IMG/VR virus record: IMGVR_UViG_3300037418_002719 | Strand: one strand, 5' to 3' | DNA length: 20,000 nt | Source of the DNA: an uncultured virus (IMG/VR IMGVR_UViG_3300037418_002719) | Lineage: Duplodnaviria; Heunggongvirae; Uroviricota; Caudoviricetes | In this document: piece by piece, positions 15,065 through 20,000 of the stretch | Layout: each line of letters opens with the position of its first letter | Position numbering within the stretch: the first letter of the stretch is position 1 | Translations under genes and position numbers: made by a program | Notes under the pieces: generated by a model | Told to the model about the DNA's origin: nothing | Database searches by the model: none | Seen by the model: only the letters and a program-made list of their open reading frames with translations

Positions 15065-15260
15065 ACTAGAAGTACTTGATCAACTCGGAGACGTGGCGAG
15101 CGCGTTTGCGGCGCTGCCGCAGGAGCATGCTGCGGACATTGATGAGTTCGTGGCCGCCATCCACGCGGCGCAGAACATCGTCCTGTCACGACCCGGCATT
15201 CGCTCATATCGAAAGCTCAAGGTGCTTCCGGAGGATTGGAAGCGGCCGGTGGGCGCGTGA
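15048..15260 (+). CDS. Small helical-hairpin phage protein, 70 aa
   Basis: MLDHDELEVLDQL...LPQEHAADIDEFVAAIHAAQNIVLSRP; SD GAGGAG. Confidence 0.8.
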   Translation: MLDHDELEVLDQLGDVASAFAALPQEHAADIDEFVAAIHAAQNIVLSRPGIRSYRKLKVLPEDWKRPVGA

Positions 15261-15748
15261 GCGTTACTAAGCCGTGGCTCAACGATAGCCCCTACGCGCC
15301 GTCCTATGAGACGGCAACCCTTGAGGCTGTCCGCCTGTGTGTGCAGCAGGCGGTCTCCAAGGAACTCCTAGGAGCACAGAACATCGAGTTCGTGGCCGAG
15401 GAGATGAGCCGACAGATGATCTTCAGGTTGCGCGCGATGGTCTACGAAGACCCGAAGCAGCGCCGACGCGACGTTCATCGAATTGTCGAGGAGTGTGCGC
15501 ATCCTACGTGGAAGCACGCGCTGATCGCATCGCTGCCCGAGGCCGCCCTGTACCGCCGCCGCTTTCTCGGCTATCTCTGGGACATCGAACCCATGTATGC
15601 CAACACGCGCGTTGTCCACGAGGTCGCCGTAACTGCGCGGGGCCTCTTCCCCGACATGAGTATCCACTACCCGAAGGAGCTTGGAACCATTCAGTATATG
15701 ACGAAGATCGAGCCGCTGGGTTCGCGACGCGAGGAGTGGTATGTCTAG
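15257..15748 (+). CDS. Hypothetical protein, about 163 aa
   Basis: GTGA overlap with upstream stop; tiles with neighbours. Confidence 0.75.
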   Translation: MSVTKPWLNDSPYAPSYETATLEAVRLCVQQAVSKELLGAQNIEFVAEEMSRQMIFRLRAMVYEDPKQRRRDVHRIVEECAHPTWKHALIASLPEAALYRRRFLGYLWDIEPMYANTRVVHEVAVTARGLFPDMSIHYPKELGTIQYMTKIEPLGSRREEWYV

Positions 15749-16067
15749 TCTCGCCGCGGTCGTCGTCGGTGAGGTCATCGATGAGCTACAGAGCCGAAGC
15801 GGCTTCGACGCCTGGGCCGAGGAGATCGACGACCAGGTTTGGGAGGAACTCGTAGATCGGCTCGTCGAGCGGGTCGACACGTTTACGGCATCGACGATCG
15901 CCGTCGGACCGAAAGCGGCTGCCGCCTTCCTGCGCGTCATCGACATTCTTCACGACAGCCTTGGTCCCGGCGATGGCGACTTCTGGGACTGGATCGAAGA
16001 AAACGACAAGCTCGCCTATGATGCCTACTACGATGTCCTAGCTCAGATGCGAGAGGTGTCGGCGTGA
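15741..16067 (+). CDS. Acidic hypothetical protein, 108 aa
   Basis: SD GAGGAG; overlaps both neighbours. Confidence 0.8.
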   Translation: MSSLAAVVVGEVIDELQSRSGFDAWAEEIDDQVWEELVDRLVERVDTFTASTIAVGPKAAAAFLRVIDILHDSLGPGDGDFWDWIEENDKLAYDAYYDVLAQMREVSA

Positions 16068-17005
16068 TCCTTGCCGTCATTGTCGCTGTGCTGTTTGCGT
16101 GGTATGTCGCTGTTCGCCTCTACCCGAGCCAGAACGAGCCCACCAAGGGCAACACGTTCTCCGCTGAGATCCTCGCTGACTCGCTGTCGCCCGCCGGGTA
16201 TCGGCTCACGACGTTCCTGGTCACGCTACCGCGCTTCATTCTCGCCGAGTTCAACACCCATAGGCGAATCAGCCGCAACTCGGCCTCGTCGCGCGCGATC
16301 CCGATCAAGCGTCAGATCCAGCGCGTCATCAAGTACCCCTTCGTGCCTCTCGGCTTCGGCGGCGCACAGAAGGGCATGCAGGCCGCCGAGGATCTCTCTG
16401 GCTGGCGTGAACGGGTAGCTCGCCAGACGTGGCTGAAGACGCGCTACGCCGCCGTTGCGGCGGCATGGATGCTGGACCGCCTCGGCGTTCACAAGTCATT
16501 CGCGAACCGCGTACTTGAGCCGTGGCTGTGGCACACTGTGATCGCGACCGCCACTGAGTGGGAGAACTTCTTCGCGCTGCGCACCGACGCCGCCGCCCAG
16601 CCCGAGTTCCGTCACGTGGCCGAGATGATGGAACTCTTGTACCGCGACAACAAGCCGAAGAAGCTCGGGCCGCTGGAGTGGCATCTTCCGATGCTATCAG
16701 CGGAGGATCGTAAATTTCTCTGCCCGAGCGTACATTCGTTCGTCGACGCTGGCCGCGCCGCGCGGGTCAGTTTCGACACACACGATCGCGACGAACCGAT
16801 CAGGGCTTCGTACGCGCGTGCTGAGATGCTGACCTCGAACGGTCATTGGTCGCCGACCGAGCACCAGGCCAAGGTCGGGCTGTCGGTTGAGTCAGCCGCG
16901 GGCCACAACGGCAACCTCCAGGGCGACTGGATGCAGTTCAGGAAGATGTTCGACAACGAAGACAACTACGCACTACTCAAGGAGAGCACGCATGTCGAGG
17001 CCTGA
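16064..17005 (+). CDS. thyX: Flavin-dependent thymidylate synthase (ThyX/Thy1, phage type) with N-terminal hydrophobic extension, 313 aa
   Basis: SAEILADS...RLTTF, PRFILAEFNTHRRISRNSASSRAIP (THR-X7-S variant of the ThyX motif), HKSFANRVLEPW, NFFALR...AQPE, ARVS, HWSPTEHQA. Confidence 0.88.
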   Translation: MILAVIVAVLFAWYVAVRLYPSQNEPTKGNTFSAEILADSLSPAGYRLTTFLVTLPRFILAEFNTHRRISRNSASSRAIPIKRQIQRVIKYPFVPLGFGGAQKGMQAAEDLSGWRERVARQTWLKTRYAAVAAAWMLDRLGVHKSFANRVLEPWLWHTVIATATEWENFFALRTDAAAQPEFRHVAEMMELLYRDNKPKKLGPLEWHLPMLSAEDRKFLCPSVHSFVDAGRAARVSFDTHDRDEPIRASYARAEMLTSNGHWSPTEHQAKVGLSVESAAGHNGNLQGDWMQFRKMFDNEDNYALLKESTHVEA

Positions 17006-17201
17006 ATACGGTGAGTACACGAACGGAACGGCGATCGATATCATCGAGAACGAGGGTCTCGGCTACGCCGTGCGTCATTACATCAGCGGCGACGCTTTCA
17101 AGGACCCTGAAACTCAAATCCGCTGGAACAACGCGGCCGGTTCCCTTGAGGCGCTCATCGAATACCTTCAGGATGAGACGGGCCGCGAGATCGATGCCTA
17201 A
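16992..17201 (+). CDS. Hypothetical protein, 69 aa
   Basis: MSRPEYGEY...IIENEGLGYAVRHY; SD AAGGAG. Confidence 0.8.
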   Translation: MSRPEYGEYTNGTAIDIIENEGLGYAVRHYISGDAFKDPETQIRWNNAAGSLEALIEYLQDETGREIDA

Positions 17202-17553
17202 GTATGAACTCGACTACTCGAAGGCTGAATACCAGTGCCCTGACTGCGGAAGCGGTCAGGGCCTCTGGCAGGCCGTGAGCTTCGAGGGCTGGGTGTCCGC
17301 GACGATTAGTGTCGAATTTGTCGGTGAGCAGGCCAGACCGGCAGTTGTCCTAGAGACGACCGATCACGGGTTTCAAGGAACAGACTGGGATATCGAAGGC
17401 AGGATCACACACAATCACGGCGGCTGCGGAGAGTGTGGCTGGGAAGGCGGTTTCCCAGAGGGTCTCAAGCTTCACGCGCCGAGGAAGCTCGGCTGGGACG
17501 GCCGGCCAATTCGCGCGCAGATGGAAGGTCAGCTAGGATTGTTGGATGCCTAG
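17194..17553 (+). CDS. Zinc-ribbon protein, 119 aa, with C-terminal QLGLL
   Basis: CPDC...CGEC; start overlaps upstream gene end. Confidence 0.78.
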   Translation: MPKYELDYSKAEYQCPDCGSGQGLWQAVSFEGWVSATISVEFVGEQARPAVVLETTDHGFQGTDWDIEGRITHNHGGCGECGWEGGFPEGLKLHAPRKLGWDGRPIRAQMEGQLGLLDA

Positions 17554-17764
17554 ATTCATTTTCGCCGACCGCGACGATGTCGAGAAGCGAGACGACGCCG
17601 AGGAATGGCTTCCGTACTCGGACTGGGAGTACCCAACGTACCTGATCGATACGAAGACCGACAAGATCATCGCCAGCGATCAGTGCGAATCGGAGGACGC
17701 AACGTTCGGTCGCCACTACCGATTCTTGATCGACCTACTCAACGAAGTCGCTGAGGGAGACTGA
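17546..17764 (+). CDS. Acidic hypothetical protein, 72 aa
   Basis: Tiled overlaps; SD AGGA. Confidence 0.75.
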   Translation: MPRFIFADRDDVEKRDDAEEWLPYSDWEYPTYLIDTKTDKIIASDQCESEDATFGRHYRFLIDLLNEVAEGD

Positions 17765-17967
17765 TGCTCGGCCGGCACTACCACATCGGACGCTCATGGC
17801 CGGGCTGCGGCACGCCAATGGAGGACGAGTGTCCGTGTCCCCAGGAACCCTGCGGGCTCATCGATGAGAAGCGCGTAGTCGAGGGCTGCGAGCAGCACGA
17901 CACGTCGTTCTGCAAGACGATGCGCTCGGGTCACCCAGCCGATTCATGCCCAGGAACGTCATCATGA
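17764..17967 (+). CDS. Cys/His-rich small protein, 67 aa
   Basis: EDECPCPQEPCGL...CEQH...H...C; TGATG overlap; SD GGGAG. Confidence 0.78.
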   Translation: MLGRHYHIGRSWPGCGTPMEDECPCPQEPCGLIDEKRVVEGCEQHDTSFCKTMRSGHPADSCPGTSS

Positions 17968-18176
17968 GGCAGGTCGCTATCGGCGCGCCGACGCTGGCGA
18001 TCGTGTCAGCGTTGATCTACGCGACCATCGCGTTGGGCGCTGGGGAACTTCTACTTCTCGCGGCCTACGGTGTGGCTTCCGTGATTGGGTTCAGCGCGGT
18101 CTCATACATCGTAGGCGGCTTTGTCGTCGACATGATCGAGAGCGGTCAGCGAAACAGAAAGGGAGTCGATGGTTGA
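17964..18176 (+). CDS. Small membrane protein with two hydrophobic helices, 70 aa
   Basis: ATGA overlap; long hydrophobic stretches and a basic C-terminal tail. Confidence 0.75.
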   Translation: MRQVAIGAPTLAIVSALIYATIALGAGELLLLAAYGVASVIGFSAVSYIVGGFVVDMIESGQRNRKGVDG

Positions 18177-18398
18177 GTGCGCGGCGGTTCGCGTGAGTAC
18201 AGGGTCACGATCGCCGACGCGTTGCGGGAGGTCATGGAGGATGTTTGGGTTCCCGTCGAAGGCGTCAAGTTGACCTTCGAAGGTGACGTCATGGAGATCA
18301 TCCTGACTAACGATTTAGAGCGCGTAAAGCGCGCAGAGAAGTCGCCGAAGGTCGCCACACAGCCTAATACGGGCGAACCCGTGAGGTGGAGGTTCTGA
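18177..18398 (+). CDS. Hypothetical protein, 73 aa
   Basis: GTG directly after upstream stop; tiles the operon. Confidence 0.65.
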   Translation: MRGGSREYRVTIADALREVMEDVWVPVEGVKLTFEGDVMEIILTNDLERVKRAEKSPKVATQPNTGEPVRWRF

Positions 18399-18877
18399 TA
18401 CCGGAGAAGCTGCGTTGGGTAGTTAGATGGACACGCAGAGGCAGCAATCTCGACGGCTACGATCTCAAGGACTGTGTCGCCGCACTTCAGGACGCGATCG
18501 AGCGCCTAGAGCCACACATCTACAAGCTTGGCGTCGACACCAAGATGCCCGAGTACCGGCGCAGGTTTTGGCGGCGCGTACCCGAGTACGTTGACACGTC
18601 TCGGCACATCAACACCGACAGGATCGAATGGAAGATCGGCTTCAACGATGACGCGATAACGTTGTTGCTGATGTTGCCGTATTACGAAAAGACCGTTACG
18701 CGTTTGCAGTCTCCGCTTGAGTACCTTCGCTTCGGCGAGCCGCGGAGCTTCACATCGAACGACCCTGACCGTCAACAGCGCCTAGCCAGAGGAGTCATGG
18801 AGGCGTTGGCGACGATTGGGTTCCATCCAGGCGGGCCGAACCCGCCAGTTTCGATCGAGCCCAACGGCGACTACTGA
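18386..18877 (+). CDS. Hypothetical protein, 163 aa
   Basis: Tiles the operon; exact start uncertain. Confidence 0.7.
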   Translation: MEVLIPEKLRWVVRWTRRGSNLDGYDLKDCVAALQDAIERLEPHIYKLGVDTKMPEYRRRFWRRVPEYVDTSRHINTDRIEWKIGFNDDAITLLLMLPYYEKTVTRLQSPLEYLRFGEPRSFTSNDPDRQQRLARGVMEALATIGFHPGGPNPPVSIEPNGDY

Positions 18878-18966
18878 TTGGCACTTCTCAGTGGGTCGCG
18901 GTCGGCGGGCTTGTGCTTTGGCTGCTGCTGGTTCTAGCTGTCGTCTACGTAGGACTTAGCGAATAG
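18874..18966 (+). CDS. Possible single-pass membrane peptide, about 30 aa, non-canonical CTG/ATT start
   Basis: (L)IGTSQWVAVGGLVLWLLLVLAVVYVGLSE fills the gap to the terminator. Confidence 0.4.
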   Translation: MIGTSQWVAVGGLVLWLLLVLAVVYVGLSE

Positions 18967-18972
18967 AACGAC

Positions 18973-19008
18973 AGAGGCCCCGTTATTCGTGAGAATAACG
19001 GGGCCTTT
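18973..19008. terminator. Probable bidirectional terminator between convergent operons
   Basis: 14-bp perfect stem AGGCCCCGTTATTC-GTGA-GAATAACGGGGCCT; short T-rich tails on both strands. Confidence 0.85.
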
Positions 19009-19043
19009 GGGCACCCCATGCCGACTGTCAGGGATGAATTCTA

Positions 19044-19436
19044 TCAGAACTTCACGGGCCGGCGCGGCAACCTCTTCGGCTTCGAAGCGCGGTACTTCTC
19101 CCACGACCAGACATCGTCACCGGCCGAGACGATGTGCCGCTTCTCGCGCCAGCAGTTGATGCACGTCTTGACTCGAATGGTGACGACGCGCTCGCGCGCC
19201 CAGTAGCGCTTCTCTTCCACGTACTCGATGTACCACTCGTGGTGCCGGCCAGCGAGGCAGCGCTGGCTCTTCTTCTTAGCGACGCGCTTCTTGCCACGCG
19301 CCTTGCCAGTGCAGGGACCGTCCTCGATCGGAGCCTTGCGCGGATCGGGCTCGCGAGCCTCACCGATGATGCAGCAGCCGCACTGCGCGTAGAGCTTCTT
19401 GCCGTTGCGGCGGCGTGAACGACGCTTGTGGTGCAT
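19044..19436 (-). CDS. Basic Cys/His-rich hypothetical protein, 130 aa
   Basis: SD AGGAGG; CGCC, C...HHEW...CINC. Confidence 0.8.
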   Translation of the reverse strand: MHHKRRSRRRNGKKLYAQCGCCIIGEAREPDPRKAPIEDGPCTGKARGKKRVAKKKSQRCLAGRHHEWYIEYVEEKRYWARERVVTIRVKTCINCWREKRHIVSAGDDVWSWEKYRASKPKRLPRRPVKF

Positions 19437-19452
19437 GTGACCTCCTAGGTTG

Positions 19453-19731
19453 TTATGAACTCACATGCATGGCTTCCTCCCTCTGTTGAATGGCCTTTGC
19501 GAAGCAGCCCTGCGAGACCACATTCTTCCCGTTCTGGAGATCGGCGACAGAACTATCGCTGCCCCACAGCGAGTTGAACGGGATCTTGTCAAGCTCTAGC
19601 GATGCTGCGATTTCTGATGCCTCGCGGTAGTCGTAGAAGTTCGTAACGCAGACCATGCATCGCAGGTAGCGTCGAAATTCAAGCGAGAAGTAGACACCTG
19701 TGTTCCAGCAGCGCGGGCAGTCGAAGGCCAT
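19453..19731 (-). CDS. Zinc-finger-like hypothetical protein, 92 aa
   Basis: SD AAGGAG; CPRCWNTG...CMVC. Confidence 0.8.
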   Translation of the reverse strand: MAFDCPRCWNTGVYFSLEFRRYLRCMVCVTNFYDYREASEIAASLELDKIPFNSLWGSDSSVADLQNGKNVVSQGCFAKAIQQREEAMHVSS

Positions 19732-19744
19732 GAGTCTCCTCTAG

Positions 19745-19788
19745 AACGACAAAGACCGCCGAAGCATAGCAGCAACGACGGTCTTTGT
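19745..19788 (-). terminator. Terminator after tRNA cluster
   Basis: ACAAAGACCGTCG...CGGCGGTCTTTGT stem followed by CGTT. Confidence 0.65.
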
Positions 19789-19791
19789 AAA
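19763..19791 (-). promoter_or_regulatory. Housekeeping-sigma-type promoter TTTACA-N17-TATGCT with extended -10 TG
   Basis: Near-consensus hexamers, 17-nt spacer, upstream of the 19731 ATG. Confidence 0.7.
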
Positions 19792-19792
19792 G

Positions 19793-19867
19793 TGGTAGCC
19801 CCACCGGGGATTGAACCCGGTCTAAGAGTGTGAAAGACTCTCGTGCTGACCATTACACCATGGGGCC
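19793..19867 (-). tRNA. tRNA-Glu(UUC) with encoded CCA
   Basis: Full cloverleaf: acceptor GGCCCCA/TGGGGCT, anticodon arm AGAGT-CTTTCAC-ACTCT, T arm CCGGG-TTCAATC-CCCGG, ACCA end. Confidence 0.95.
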
Positions 19868-19875
19868 GTGAAGGG

Positions 19876-19954
19876 TAGCGGAGGTAGGATTCGAACCGTT
19901 TATGACGACCTCCTGGTTATGAGCCAGGCGAGCTTCCAACTGCTCTACTCCGCG
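19876..19954 (-). tRNA. tRNA-Met(CAU), initiator-like, with 6-nt insertion in T-stem (possibly degenerate)
   Basis: CGCGGAG start with C1:U72 mismatch; anticodon arm CCTGG-CTCATAA-CCAGG; T arm GTCATAAACGG-TTCGAAT-CCTAC; followed by CCC rather than CCA. Confidence 0.85.
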
Positions 19955-19960
19955 TGATAG

Positions 19961-20000
19961 TAGGCCGTGCGGGATTCGAACCCGCGTTCTTCACTGTGAG
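19961..20000 (-). tRNA. Partial tRNA (3' half), probably Glu(CUC)
   Basis: CTC-AC-AGTGA-AGAAC-GCGGG-TTCGAAT-CCCGC-ACGGCCT-A; truncated by the window edge, so the anticodon register is inferred. Confidence 0.75.

Larger units (their letters stand above)
1..20000. mobile_element. Tailed dsDNA bacteriophage genome segment (HK97-type head, long non-contractile tail)
   Basis: Ordered portal/protease/capsid/neck/tail/tape-measure genes, phage-type nrdJ and thyX, dense small ORFs and a tRNA cluster; no cellular housekeeping genes or integrase in the window. Confidence 0.97.

Noticed and set aside
17964..18176. Holin assignment for the two-helix membrane protein
   Set aside because: No endolysin nearby and it lies in a non-late operon; hydrophobicity alone is insufficient
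19990..20000. UCA (opal suppressor or Sec) anticodon for the truncated tRNA in an alternative register
   Set aside because: It would place C at position 37, which is nearly always a purine; CUC-AC fits better, and TGA is used as a normal stop throughout the window

Overview
A 20-kb segment of a GC-rich tailed dsDNA phage (HK97-fold siphovirus; an actinobacterial host is inferred from GC content and pervasive leaderless starts). The minus strand from ~14.5 kb leftwards carries the virion module: portal-MuF fusion, prohead protease, major capsid, head-tail adaptor, HK97 gp10-like protein, tail terminator, major tail protein, tail assembly chaperone with a probable +1 frameshift, and a tape measure gene that runs off the left edge. 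The module is interrupted between portal and protease by a class II ribonucleotide reductase (nrdJ) and small ORFs. No terminase gene lies next to the portal. From 14.7 to 19.0 kb a divergent plus-strand operon of small ORFs includes a ThyX-like thymidylate synthase with an N-terminal hydrophobic helix. The right end has two minus-strand Cys-rich ORFs and the end of a tRNA cluster (Glu, fMet-like, partial Glu). The strongest non-obvious signal is a promoter-like motif, TGBC-N11-TAN3T, found at exact spacing in front of eight late transcription units. Seven of these are apparently leaderless or nearly so, and four sit in the U-tract of the preceding terminator. Other leads are a three-way-junction RNA in the nrdJ leader, a UUU-CGU +1 frameshift site, recurrent K-A/S protease sites, and a tRNA-fMet with an insertion in its T-arm. 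All assignments come from reading the sequence; no searches were run.
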